Assembly: GCA_964276515.1 (NCBI GenBank)
Contig: OZ193910.1
Span: forward strand, 4,340,001-4,404,000
Length of the DNA stretch: 64,000 nucleotides
From: Gordius albopunctatus
Lineage: Eukaryota
Reading direction: 5' to 3'
This document shows positions 51,017-64,000 of the stretch, one piece after another (positions within the stretch are counted from its first letter, which is position 1; every line of letters begins with the position of its first letter). The position numbers and the translations under genes are program-made. The notes below the pieces were generated by a model. The model searched no databases and was not told the origin of the DNA. It worked only from the letters and a program-made list of their open reading frames with translations.

Positions 51017-52079
51017 AGGCATGAAGCAAATTTATAGGCTCTTTTAAAAATATTACATTGTGGGGTACTTCAGAATTTTGGTGTAGGATACAATTTTCTT
51101 AATACACTTTTTTATATATACGTCGATGATAACCACATTTCTACATAATCATTATACGTATGAGTGTCAATGACGCGGGATCGCGTTTTGTACTGAGTCC
51201 CAAATATCATAGAAATAAATTAAATCGGCCATAATGACGTTTATATATAGCTAAATTCATGAGAGCTTAAAGTGGATTTTCTTTAAAACACGAAAACCTA
51301 AATAATATAACATTTTATAAGACAAGGAAAACTCAACACAATGATGAATACTAAATTGGCATCTATTGCTATAATTATAATCACATGTAAATTGGAAAGT
51401 GTCGAAAAATATATTGTTTATTCAATAAACCCACTTTTCTTATGGCTAAACATTCAATCATTCAATGCAGCTAATCATTTGAAATCAAATATATAGCTTC
51501 CTATAGCTTGATTCAGATCTCCTTACAAAAGGCAGTGGTAAAAATCATCGAAGATTCAATTTTGCCTAAAATATATCGGCATAAATATAATGCCTTAACA
51601 GTTGATTATTAATAAATATACAATAATTGCTCTACTAATTCCTGCAGTCCTTCTTTAATTGAGTTTATCCACTCTAATATATCACAAAAGATGAGTATTA
51701 AGATTGTGATTTCAATAAAGATTATTAAGCTGAATAATCTAACCTTTTAATGATAATTCACATTTTAAACATATTAAATCTAATTTAGCTCCAACCCCTA
51801 CATTGGTAAATTCATTTTATAAGGATGGTATATGCCCATTAAGATTAGACACCTTAAATCGTCACTATTAAGCATTTCAAAATTTAAATCAAGATATGAA
51901 ATATTATAAATTTTTTATTCAGTCTTTTGTCAGTAAACCTTAAAACAATATTCTTGACCATGACTTTTAAGTGCATAAGGAAAATATATTTCGATCTAAA
52001 ACAGATGATATTCATAAACAATGTCATGAGGTATGTCGTATGTATCAATAAGAAATACATTAATTAAAGATATTAAAAA

Positions 52080-53520
52080 TAAACGGTAGTTAATACATCT
52101 TCTCTCTCATTACTCCTTTCTTCGTCGATATATTGTTTTTAAGTGTTCGAATAGCCCAACCATTCCGTTTGATACGGATGGTTGGAGCCGTTTTAATGTG
52201 GCAAATCATATTTGCTTTAAAAATATCTTACAATTCCTGCGATGCAAACTGGGGTCCATTATTGATAATAAAGATATTGTGCAGTCCATATCTGGCAAAC
52301 TAACATCTCAGCGCCGGGCTGTATTAAATTTTATTAGAACACTGAAGAGACTTCGACCTATTTTGATAAATCATCGATCGCCATAAACTCTCCTTCAATT
52401 TCAACATGTATTCTTTCCCGGTTCTATAGGTACAACGGAACCTTTGAATATTGGGTCTGTTTTCCTGACATCTTTCACTATTTACCCATAATCCAGCATC
52501 ATTATCTATCGAAGGCCACCAAGCATATAATCCTAGTTGATTTTTGATGCCTCAAGTACCTGGGTTCTCCCAATGGATCACATTGAGAACCGTCTTACGC
52601 AATATTTCTAAAATAATCAAACGATCCCAATATAGCAGAGTCCCTCTTTGTAATATAACCCGTATCTTCGTACCCAGATAGGTTTCAAGTACATTCTGAT
52701 CCTAATCGGATCCACTCTCCATCATGTTTTAAATGGGAATTAAATTCTTTCATGACAAAAAATCTCTTCCCTTCTATTCACAGACGATCTCTGCATAATC
52801 CCCGATTTAATATTCAGAATGCAAAAGTTTGACATATTCATCCAAGAAACTTAGAAAGCAGGGCTAATGATCAACTCAAACAAGTCCAAAATCCTCTCAA
52901 TTTGTACCTGGTCAAAACGATACGACTTCATAGTCATTACTTTAGCCCCATTACAGAGTCGGTAAACTATCTGGAAGATTCTCTCCCCTGACGCATACTC
53001 TCATCTCGACGTCTCTAACAATAAATAGAGCGTTGAAAAAATTATACTCCTATTACTCTATATGGAAGTCACATGAGCTGACCCTACCAACCGCCCCCCA
53101 TCTGTTCAGAACTAGCATAATACCCATTCTACTTTCAGGATGCAAAACCTGGTCTCAACTCTTTAAACAGTCTAAACCAAACTGAAATGTTGAAGGTCTG
53201 TAAAAGTTTTAATTGTTATTTAATCAGCAAAGTTAATCTCTAGATCCTTTCTCCCATCAAAAACGTAATAATTTCGCGAATTGGAATTTTTTTGTAGATC
53301 AGCCTCGGCGCAGTGGATTAAAAATTTGTCTAAGGTCGATATTATTTTCATCCCCTCAATTGCGAAATCTTAAATGCAGAGGATCCTGGATCTATAGAAC
53401 ATTCAATGAGCTCCGTCTCTAACCACGAATGGAATTTTATAGTCCACATTATGCAAAACAGATCTAAATGGAATTCCTTTTCAGTCCACCTCCCCACGAC
53501 ATACCCTCCCGTGACAGACT
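52080..53520 (-). mobile_element. Heavily decayed Gypsy (K02A2.6/Mag-like) remnant
   Basis: The minus strand at about 52190-52300 reads FARYGLHNIFIINNGPQFASQEL*DIFKANMICHIKTAP (integrase core), and YAWWPSIDND appears at about 52500-52530 (H2C2 region). Boundaries are approximate. Confidence 0.6.
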
Positions 53521-54169
53521 AAACACAACAGCTAACCTAGCTTTAAATTACCTCCGACCACTTTGTAAAGGGAATATCTTATTTTTTCGCAAGGTATTTT
53601 ATATTTTTAATTTTTTTATAATTATTCATTATTCTTACTATAAATATTTTTCACTGATACTAACGTATTAAAATATATTTTTATATATCTATACTAACAC
53701 ACAACCCACTAAAAAAACACGCAACCTATAGTTGTGACTCGAGATGCACCGTTAGGTGTCTGATAGGACTCCATTTCTCTTGACGCAGCTAAGGTCATCG
53801 GAGTAAATACAGACAAACAATTCTTTGATGATTGGATCAGATGCTATTGCCCATTTGAGTATGTCTGCTGAAAAAAGGAATCCGTTAATCAAGATATCAG
53901 AATTAGATTAACATTATCACATTTTTCGGCATAATATACTACAGTCGGCAGCTCGGATAAGCAAGCCATACTATCCTTTCCTCTAGAATATTGAATGTTG
54001 TACTGATATCCTTTATAAAAAAACCCATCGGATCAGTCGATTGTTTTTCATTTTATTAAGTCGATTCGACTTCCAAAATTGGTTCCAAAGGTTTATAAAA
54101 CGTAATAGATTGGCCATAATCTTTTAATATACAATCGCTCTCGATCAATCGAAGAGTTTTTACTTCGTT

Positions 54170-54264
54170 TATGGGCCTAGCCAAGCCCCCCCCCCCTAAA
54201 TGACAAAAAAATATTTTAATACAGTTTTAGCCCCCCCCCCCTAATCCAGACTGGCTACGCCATT
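54170..54264. mobile_element. MITE family 1, short copy
   Basis: TATGGGCCTAGCCAAG...CTGGCTACGCCAT. Confidence 0.65.
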
Positions 54265-54799
54265 TAATTTTCTTGATGTAAATGCCACCGGTATTTCTCT
54301 ACCATTTTGAATATAAACAGATGCTATTTATAAACAATACATGATTGGGATTCTGGCCTCTTATCACGCTCCGTTGATTACCTCTTATCGAGTTGCGATG
54401 CCCGCCAGCACTTCAACCTTAAATATTTGGTTTTTGACGGATCGGGTCACGAGTGGCTAGAAAAAATTTTAACATTTTTATTTCAACATCAATATTATAA
54501 AATCTGGTATAAAACATAAAGAAAGTCATTATAAATAATTAACTTGGTGTTGCACAATTATAAAATATAAACTTTATATCTAAAATATTTTTTCCCATAA
54601 AAAATCGGCCCTTATTTACGCCACTGCTTCAAAGCTATTATATTAGAACGTTACGACAAACACATGGACACTAATCAACAATTATAGAATTTTATGTATA
54701 TCGATGGTGTATAATGTCTTGTTATTTTATATTGATCTATTAGTATTTTATAAAAAAAATTAAATAACCTTTTTTCTTATAACTGTTTTACACATTTGA

Positions 54800-55640
54800 G
54801 TGTCAGTTTGTTCGCGTTTTCTCCAGTTATACCTACCTTCAACTTAGCCTTAATTCACCTATTCATGTCTATAGAAATTTTATCTTTATATGTTAGCTTA
54901 GGTATTAATCTCTTTCGCTTACCTTCAACTAGCACTTTTCTGATAAGATGGGCCAATTGAATTCCTCCCGCCTCTCCACACATACCATCTTATCCTTCCA
55001 ATCTCTTTATCGGAACGATACCTAATTTATCTCTTGATTTTTTTTTGTGTACCGAACATTTAACCATATGTGTTATAATTGCCTCTCCATAAATAACCGT
55101 GGGCACAATAACGGTTTATAGCCATCCGTTCGAATTTGAGTGGTGTGTGTTTGTCACACAGTACCTTTAATTGTCTACACTTAAGCCATTCTGAGTTCCT
55201 TCTTATCGTTATCTTAACTATTGCATCCTTATAAAATTGCACCCCAGACTCAATATATTATAATATTCCTTCTTTATTTATATCCCTCAATTAGCAGATG
55301 TGATCCTTTGTCCTCACTTCCCTGTTATAAGCGTAAACATACAGTTTTATCTTAATAAACCATTGCTTTATCCGAATAGTCCACACTTTTACTTGCCTCG
55401 CTAACTTAACCTTCTTTAAACCTGAACATCTTACGATGCATTTTAGTTCTACGGGTAATCAAGATATGAAGAGCAATAGACTTAGTACCGAACCTTGATG
55501 AACACTGTGGCAGAACTCTTTTGATATACCACTAGATGTCTGTACTTTAATTTTTACGTTTTCATACATGTCCTTTATTTACTTTGTGTAAACTTCGATT
55601 AAACCCCTTCGCATTTAATTCCCCCTATAATTATCCGCGC
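54800..55640 (-). mobile_element. Old decayed RTE-clade fragment (third family)
   Basis: The minus strand reads VHQGSVLSLLLF (~55470-55505) and WLKCRQLKVLCDKHTPLKF (~55130-55190). Confidence 0.7.
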
Positions 55641-58600
55641 CACAAATATCAAAAACAGGAAACTCACTTTGTTCAACTAAAATTAAATAAAAATAGGGCT
55701 CTTACCCACTCCTTAAGCGAACCGAGTTTATAGGACAGGATTCGGGCGAAGCTAATAAGTAAGACAATCGTATATCAGCAAGCCGAAGAGCTTACTTAAA
55801 AATCTTGTTCTAAATACCAATAAAAAACAAGTTATGAGGCGTTGAAATCGTATTTACAAGCACACATGAAATAACTCAAAGGAATTTTATTTATTAATGG
55901 CCTGAAATTTTTTAATAATAATAATAATTAATAGTGACTTAAAAATTTAAATGTAGTAAAATATACCTGACGAGTGCATTTAAGTTTGGAATCTTTTTTG
56001 AGATTTAATAAAATTATATTTAAAGGGTTTCATAGGTCGTTATTTTTCTAATTCATGAAAGCAAGCATCTTTACGATTTTTAAGAGAGTATTGATATAGC
56101 GATTTAAAATGTTAGCGCATTAAATTCCACCAAGACGACATAATTGCTACGGGGCATATCATAAAGCGAGTTAGACATTAGTCCTAGTATAGGTAGAGCA
56201 CTAACACAATAATTGTCATAAATCAGAAAATTTTAAGTCTTTTCTTTGTTTTAAAGCTATTAAAATAAAATTCAAGGACTGAAGAGGCAAACGAATGTGA
56301 CAATCGATCGACAGGGGCTAGATGCCCTAATTGAACAAATTTATAGCGTTCCGTTGCTTAAATCGAATTATTTAATAATAAACCCAGGCTTGTTTCTTTA
56401 TGTTGTGGTCCAAAACTCAAACCCTTACATACTATCGTCGTGCTAGATTTAAAAATAATCAGCAACTTTAAATTTGGAACATTAAAGATTAAAAATTCAC
56501 AATAATTCGCTTAGTCAAATGGAGGACGAAATCATGTGTTGTGAATATGAAACTTATATTTAAAATATGCTCAGTTAATGAGTCAAAAATGCAGATACAT
56601 TGCCTCGCATAAATCCAGAACCTAATATATGTATTACTAAGATAAAGAGGTTAAATGATGATGTCTATAATAGCTGTAGGACATTAACAAACAAACTTTT
56701 TAAAGACATTATTTTGAAAGAGATGTTAAAACTATTAAGAAAAATGAGTGGGGGCATTCGTTATAAAAAGTAATGACATGATATCCTTATAATAGTGTGA
56801 AGGCTTATTGAATTTTGCATGGCTGTCGTTTTCTTGGCTAATATTGATTATGACATTGGGCAGCATGTTTATAAAAGTAAAATTGCCGGTAAGAATGTGA
56901 TTTAAAGTATCTATGTCTTCATGGGAATTCCCAACAAGGCGTGGTTCACCATCCATTATAGCCTCCCTTCGAATTTTTCAAACGCAAAAAAACATGTTTA
57001 GTCTAGAAATCTGCATACTTAGAGACCTTCTGATATTATCAAATTTAGTTTATATTAAATAGATGTGATTAACTATGTGAACTATTTTTATTATGTTTGC
57101 AAATTAATTGGCTTACCTTTTTTTGTAAAGGACCTTTCAAATAATTATTAATTGCTTCGTAAGACGCAATCTCTATTTCACCCAATTTTTTAGTCCTTAA
57201 TATTCCTTGTTCAAACATAAATTGTAAGTTAAAGTTTTTGGGGATAGGGCCTTTTTTGGTATAAATAAAAGCCCAATTTACCCTGAAGGATTCAAACTTG
57301 TAAAATAAATTGCATGGCCAGATGTTACAAGCATACATTTAAAATGTCTCTTTTTATGACGAGAAAAATTAATTGATTGCAAAATCTTTGATGAAAATGA
57401 CAAGCCATTTCTATATTACTAACAAAGCTCAATCATTTCAAATTCAAAGAAGGTTATGAATAGTGTTGTTATCTAGCGCGTCTAATTAAAGGCTGTTGAA
57501 AGGAGCAAACAAACTTAGTACCATCACCATTAAAAGAGTCTATCGTGAGAAGATCTTCCCTAGTGTCAGGTCCTTTTTTAATGATCCCATCTCCCATGGT
57601 CCTAAATCTTTAATAAAATTACTTCGGGAATAAAATTACTATGGGGCGACCGTTGTTGTTTTTATAGCACCGCCTTATGTGCCGTATTTTCTAGCTACAC
57701 ATCTGAAGCTTTTAATATGAACATTACTGTATTGATCAGCACAAATCGTGTTTTTGGGAATAACAACTAGCTAACACTTTAAGCATATTAATGGCACATC
57801 CAATCACTATGACAAAAAAGTATACTAATGGTCGGTTTGCGCCACATCCTCTTTAAAAGTCCCCAAAAGAAAAGGAGACTAGCAATTATGATATGGCTAT
57901 TTTGGCGCAGCATTATATCACTCTAGCAGACCCCTCGGCGAGCCCATTACATCTAGTTAAGAATGCCTTATAAAAAATGTAATCTTCTTCTTCTTTATAA
58001 GTTATTTGGTCCCACATTGGTGGGGTTTGTTTGGATAAGTTTCTTCCCTCTTGACCGGGTGAGTGCCATGTCTTGACTAATCTCTTTAGTTTCCATAACT
58101 TTATCGACTTGCCCTTTCCACGTGACACGGGGTCGTCCTCTTCCTCTCTTCCCCGGTACCTCCATGTCCAGTAATTTTCGATTTACGTCCTCCGTATCCC
58201 TCCTTTATAATATTACCCATACCACCTTAGCCGATTTTCGTTAATCATGTCCGCCATAGATTGAATACCCATTTTTGTCATAAGAAAGTCATTCGTCATA
58301 TGGTAGAGCTTAGTATACCCCAAGCTCCACCGTATCATTCTCATCTCTGTGGCTTGTAATAGCTTTAATTCCGTGGTGTTTAATGCCCATGTTTCACTTC
58401 CATAGAGTAACACCGGTCTTACGATGGATTCGTAAGCTTTGCTCTTCAACCATATTGGCATTTTCTTGTCACATTACACCGGATATATTTCGCCATTTAA
58501 GCCATCCTTTTTGGATCCCGGTATTGACTTCTGTTGTGCAACCTACCTCTTGATGTATCATCGAGCCGAGGTATGTGAACCTGTCTACTTTTGGGTACTT

Positions 58601-58828
58601 TAGATGATCATCCAGCGATGGGGTGCCTGTACCGTTTATTTCCATGTATACCGTTTTTCGATCGTTGACCTTTAAACCATATCCAGCTAAGCGCTTTGAC
58701 CACTTTTCAGCTTCTTCGAACATTTTCTCCCTCGTTTCCTCGCATAGTACTATATCATCGACATATAGCATACACCATGGAGAAGGCTTTTGAACGTCCC
58801 TCGTTATCGTGTCTATAATTATATTAAA

Positions 58829-60173
58829 CTAGCTGACCCAGAAAACGTTGTTTTGCTATATAGATTATTTCTAGAAAATACTATAAGCGATGAGCAACAT
58901 CATTAATCTCGGTTATTTCCCAAACATGCGAATATCCCCTAACTTCCTAAGCAAATCCTCCTTTTCGTTTAAAATATGCCTAGATATACAGCATTAAAAA
59001 CTGAGATATTATGAGGGGTCGTACGTTGCCCACAAACCTTACTTTGGTCAATAAGGTATCAGTGTACTCAGATAATTCATAAAAACCTAAAGCATCCGGT
59101 ATAAGCTAGCCATGCCCTCAGACATTAAGATCTGTTTTCTCCTCTGCTTAAATTTCACAGGAAATGAAATGTTTTTCAACGAAGTGTAGAAGATTTTAGG
59201 TTAAAGGCTCAACAAAAAACAACACGGGGCCCGGGGGCGCTACCTAACACCAAAGAACCGAGGATAATTACCTTGTTAGGAGTTAGGGGCGTAGCCCTTC
59301 TTAGAGGTCCGAAGAGCTGAGGTATATCAACATTTATTGGCACTTTGTTAAAAGTATTTTCATTTTTCTCCTTATTTAACGCGCAAAAAATGACAAAATT
59401 AGATTTTTTTTAATTTATTTAGCCACGCAGGAGGGGACACGACCGTCCTATTAATAATTGAAGTGAAAAATAAGCAAAAAATGACTTTGATTTAATGTTT
59501 AAAATCGTAATTTTCCGCAGCACATGCCTAAATTTATCACACAACCACCCCCCCCCCCTCCAAGGGGAAAATCTTTCACCCCCTGGCCCTTCAAGGATTT
59601 TTTTTAAATTTTTTGTAATTAAGAAACAATATCATAATTATAATTATTTGTTTCTGAAGAAAACTTTTAATTCTGAACTTAATAATGTCCGAGGAACTGA
59701 GATATATCAACATTTATTGGTACTTTGTTAAAAGTATTTTCATTTTCTCCTTATTTAACGCGTAAAAAATGACAAAATTAGATTATTTAATTTATTTAGC
59801 CACGCAGGAGGGGACACGACCGTCCTATAATAATAAAATTGACGTGAAAAATAAGCAAAAAAATGACTTTGATTTAATGTTTAAAATCGTAAAAAGTTTC
59901 CATTTTCCGCAACACATGCCTACTGCATTTATCACACTACCTACACGATAGATACGCAGTATACGTCATGAGGTGGCGTTTGAGTGACATTTTAGTAAAC
60001 GTCATAACGTATAAAACTAAATAACATGACCTCTTGTGACTTAGAAATTTGGAATATAGTTAAAAACCTAGGCTCATACCTAGTAATCATTCGCAGAAAT
60101 TATCTAAATCGGTCCAGCCGTTACGGAGGAGTTTAACCACGCACACCGTTTCACGTGATTTTTATATATTAGA
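58829..60173 (-). mobile_element. Non-autonomous Helitron (1345 bp) inserted in the RTE RT region
   Basis: Minus strand A|TCTAATATATAAA...GCAAAACAACGTTTTCTGGGTCAGCTAG|T. Removing it restores ATATTAAA^TAAAAAG exactly as in the sister copy (reverse complement of ~9664-9678), so there is no TSD. It has an internal ~230-bp duplication (about 59310-59540 and 59688-59935). Confidence 0.92.
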
Positions 60174-62176
60174 TAAAAAGGGACTTAAAGCAGAGCCTTG
60201 ATGTAATCCAATATTAACCCGAAAAAGTTTAGAGTCTCCAAGTGTCGTCCTAACGCAAGAGTTTTAAGCTTCATAAATATTTTTCATAAGCCGTATATAT
60301 GCGTCAGGGATATTTTGTTTCCTTGGGCACCACCATATTAAGTCGCGGGGACCGTGTCATAAGCTTACTCCAAGTCTATAAAAACCATATGTAGGTTTTT
60401 CCTCTTTTCACCATACTTATCCATCATTTGTCTCAGGGCGAGGATTGGGTCGATCGTGGATTTGTCGGCCACTAATCCGTTCAGCCTTGTTACTAAGATC
60501 CTTTCCAAAAGCTTCAATGAGTGGCAAGTTAGCTTGATACCTCTGTAATTGCCGCAGTCCTGAGGGTCTCCTTTCCTTTAAAGAATGGTATAATCCAGCT
60601 TGCTCTCCATTGATTAGGGATTCGCTCTTCTACCAATATCTTGTTAAGGAGGTTCGTCATGGTGGTGACTCCTTCTTCACGACATCCGAGCAATGCTTCC
60701 ATAGGTATTCCACCTGGGCCATTTGCTTTTCATTTTTGCATCTTGTTCATTTGTGTCCTAACTTCATCCTACTGAAATAGTTCGACCATATTTATATTTG
60801 GCTTAATTTCGGGAAGGGAATCCTTGTCGTTTGCAATATTCATAAGTTTCTTAAAATATCCTTTCCATCACTTCTTTCGGCTTAAATAAGGTTTGACCCT
60901 TCTCGCTTTTGACTATTTTAAGAACTCCGACATCGCGACTTTTCTTCTCCCTTATCTTGGCCAATTTGTACATAAGCCTATCGCCCCTTTATGATCCAGT
61001 TTATTTGCCATCCAGGTTTACGCGGCATTCTTTGCTTTTGCAACGGCCCTTTTTGCGGCCCTCTTTGCGTACCTGTACTCTTGATAATCCTCCTACTTTT
61101 TTGATTTATGCCACCGTCTATATAAATTTTTCTTTCTTTCGATGAAATATTTGACCGATTGATCCCACCGCCATAGTTCCCTATTCATAGCTTTGCCTCC
61201 TTTGGTCTGTCATACAACACGAATCGCTGTTTCCTTAATGTCCTTAGATAGCGTCTCCCAATTGTCGTCTGCGTCCCTTTGCAACTTCCTTGCACCCAAG
61301 AGTGAGGAGGATTTTTGATGGTTTTCTTTGTTCGTCGACGTATCCTTTAGCCTTTCGTATTGAATTCGAGGTTCATAGACCTTTCTTCTTTCGGGAAATA
61401 CTCTTCTGTCAAGATCCATAACAAGAGGACGATGTTTCCTGGCGATTTCTTCTCCCGGTATTACTTTGCAATCAATATACTCCATAAGTTCTTTCGCCGT
61501 ATAAGCAAATATTCGATTCGACTAAAATGGTTCCCACTTCTATAGGTCACAATATGATCCTCGCGCTTTTGAAAATAGGTGTTAACGATCGCCATGTCAT
61601 ATGCTTGGGATACTTGGAGAAGTTTTTCCCCTTCTTTGTTCTTCAGACCATGCCCATAGCCTCCATGATTGCGTTCATTCCCGAGGCGATCTTTCCCTAC
61701 GTGAGCGTTGAAATCGGCCCCAATAATTAGCCTTTCTTCCTGTCGGATTCCTTGTATTTCCTTTTCCAATGATTCGAAGAATATGTCTTTCTATGATTCC
61801 GAACACCCAATTTGGGGAGCATACGCGCACATAACGATTAGGAGGCCCCCTTGATCTGCAATCTTCACCCACATTAGCCTTTTGGAACAAAGCTTGACTG
61901 CCACCACCTTGTCCTTGGAAGATTCGCTTAGAACGATACCGACCCCGTTTTTACGATTTGGTGACCCACTGTAGAAAAGCTTGTATCCTTCTCCTAATTC
62001 CCGAGCTTTCGTTCCCTTCCACCTCGTCTCTTGTAGGCAGGCGATGTGTACCTTTCTTCTTTTTAGCATTTGTGCAACCTCGATGCTCTTCCCCGTCAAC
62101 GTTCCCACATTTCAGCACGTAATTCGCATTCTTTCCACAACTAGTTTCCTTAACCGCATTCGTTGTGAGTTAGGCA

Positions 62177-62857
62177 TAGAGCCCTGCACGGGCCGGGCTC
62201 GGGGAAAATCTTATAATATAATCGGGCCTCGGGCTCGGGTCGGGTCTGATGTGGCGGCCCGACCTGAGGCCCGAGCCCAGCCCGAATTGAACTAAAACAA
62301 ATTAATCTCCTATAAAATAGGATTTAAATAAAATTCGATATTAAATAATTATTTTTCGCACACCGTACATTATATAGCTTCCAAACTTTAGCTTTTTCCC
62401 TTCTCTATTATAATATAACTGACCTGAATTGCAAATCTTATTCTAGTATTTAAATAGATTTATAATAGCTGTTACAACTTTAGAAATAAGATAAGTAAAT
62501 ATTTGAAAAGGTTTTTGTTTGTTTGAACTGTTAAAAATATATATTATAAAGTTAAATTTTTAGCTTTAAATGATTAGCCGAATAAATTATAACGAGTGAA
62601 AATTTTTTATTTCAAACTTATACCAGTTGTAAATACGTGTAATAACAATCTAATACATTTTAAAATAAAATGGTGAAATAATTTTCAAAAATTTATTTCT
62701 CAAAAATTTTATTTAACAAATCGGGTCGGGCTCGGCCTCGTTCGGGCCAAAAATAAAAAAATCTTTAGGGCTCGGGCCGGGCTCAGGCAAAATAAAAATT
62801 GAGAATTCGGGCTCGGGCCGGGCTCAGGCAGAAGAAATTTCATTTCGCAGGACTCTA
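62177..62857. mobile_element. hAT MITE with GGCTCG/CGGGC subterminal repeats, inserted in the RTE 5' region
   Basis: TAGAGCCCTGC...GCAGGACTCTA. TTAGGCA is duplicated at 62170-62176 and 62858-62864. The empty site is seen at about 7681-7703. Confidence 0.9.
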
Positions 62858-63010
62858 TTAGGCAGTAACCCTAGTGTATTTTTCACATTGCACGGGCGGG
62901 GCATGCAGTGCGCGTCGTTTGTGGAGGACGCCCTAGCCTTTTCTTGTAAAATCTCGTTTGAAACTATCATAATTTTGGAGTTTATTTTTATAGCCGGTTT
63001 TCGACCTGAC

Positions 63011-63061
63011 GCCAACCCTCCACTTTTTGCACACGGACTTGGGGCCGTCGTAGGTAGTGTT
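63011..63061 (-). ncRNA. Twister (type P1) self-cleaving ribozyme, 3' cleavage product, at the RTE 5' end
   Basis: AA-CACU-ACC-UACG-ACGG-CCCCAAGU-CCGU-GUGC-AAAA-AGUG-GAGGG-UUGGC. It shows P2 CACU/AGUG, the P4 hairpin, the (U/C)CCCAAG loop and GAGGG of the twister consensus. Confidence 0.75.
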
Positions 63062-64000
63062 CATAAAAAAATGTAATCATATGAAATAAATTTAATTCAA
63101 ATAAATCCATAAAGATTTAGCTTTAATAAATTATGGTGAGAAATAAATCGGACACACAACTTACTGGAAAATCTATTTAGCAAAGCACTTAGACCACATT
63201 AGACAAGACAATAGAACCAGCATCGATTCAAAATCTCCTCATCTATCGGTTCCACGTTTAATATGCCCCGAAAGTTCAAGCATAAGGCACTTCTTCATGT
63301 TTTATCTCATAGATGCACAAATGGCTAACTATATACATGAATTTATATCTTATTAGTGCCAATATTTTAATTATATATTATTGTTTTAGGTTCAATCGTC
63401 AATTCCAAAGAAGGATTATAATAAAGTTTAAAGGATGCTTGCTTTAAATCATAATTAAATTCCTAGACGTAAAGAAGATTTGAATAAGGTGTAGGGACGC
63501 AAAATATTAATTAAAAGCGAAATAACAAAAATTTCTTAATTTAAAGAGCGCTTGCACTTCAAAAAAACAAGAATATTGAAAACGTTATATACTATTTGAA
63601 AGTTTATAATATTACTTTGGGGACCTAATTTAATTAGTTTTGCAAAAATTATTACTGTTAGACGCTAAACATTATCCGTTTCCGTATTCTTCCATTTCAC
63701 ATGCTTTTGTATAATTTGCCAAAAGCAATAGGTTGTCGTATTTTGAACACCCGACATTTGATATTACAATCCTATTTTGTGAATTAGTAAAAATTAATTG
63801 ATACGCTAGTCTAAATTAGCCTAAAAGTGATTTTAAAAACATTATGTTCCATCTTAGGCAACGCGACTAATATATAGATTTAATCATTATTTGAAAAACC
63901 CGTGGCCAATGTCCCGAGCTTATTAATTGTTATAACGATTCAGTCTTTATCAAACATTTATTAGCGTAAGCGCCTGAGAATAATTTGAAGTTGCAGGGGA

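Larger units (their letters stand above)
57985..63061 (-). mobile_element. RTE family A, full-length copy with TSD, interrupted by a Helitron and a hAT MITE
   Basis: Aligns with 7500-10514, with the (GAA)n tail at about 57985-57995. TSD ATAAAAAATGTAATC (57970-57984) matches ATAAAAAAATGTAATC (63063-63078). Confidence 0.95.

Noticed and set aside
53824..53871. C/D-box snoRNA (TGATGA...CTGA)
   Set aside because: It is only about 45 nt long, with no convincing internal boxes and no recognisable rRNA guide.

Overview
AT-rich animal (probably invertebrate) genomic DNA with two spliced host genes in a dense field of transposable elements. All annotation was done by eye. Gene 1 is a complete NPC1 (Niemann-Pick C1 sterol transporter) on +, with 24 coding exons at 23370-40579 and about 1434 aa. 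Gene 2 is a probably secreted EGF-SEA-EGF protein gene on + at about 46322-51016, whose last exon may have lost its splice donor. The rest is mobile DNA: three Gypsy LTR-retrotransposon remnants (one with LTR and tRNA-Trp PBS), five RTE-clade LINE copies, CRE-like LINE 3' remnants, non-autonomous Helitrons, a hobo/Hermes-like hAT element and many hAT-type and Tc1/pogo-type MITEs, often nested. Three observations stand out. (1) The full-length RTE family carries a twister-ribozyme core at its 5' end, and the TSD-flanked copy starts exactly at the predicted cleavage site. (2) All three copies of that RTE family share one in-frame UAG inside the endonuclease domain, while the other lesions checked are private. 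(3) The hAT transposase has four 34-40 nt GT-AG micro-introns whose removal restores a 506-codon ORF with an intact DDE triad, although host introns here are all at least 245 nt.
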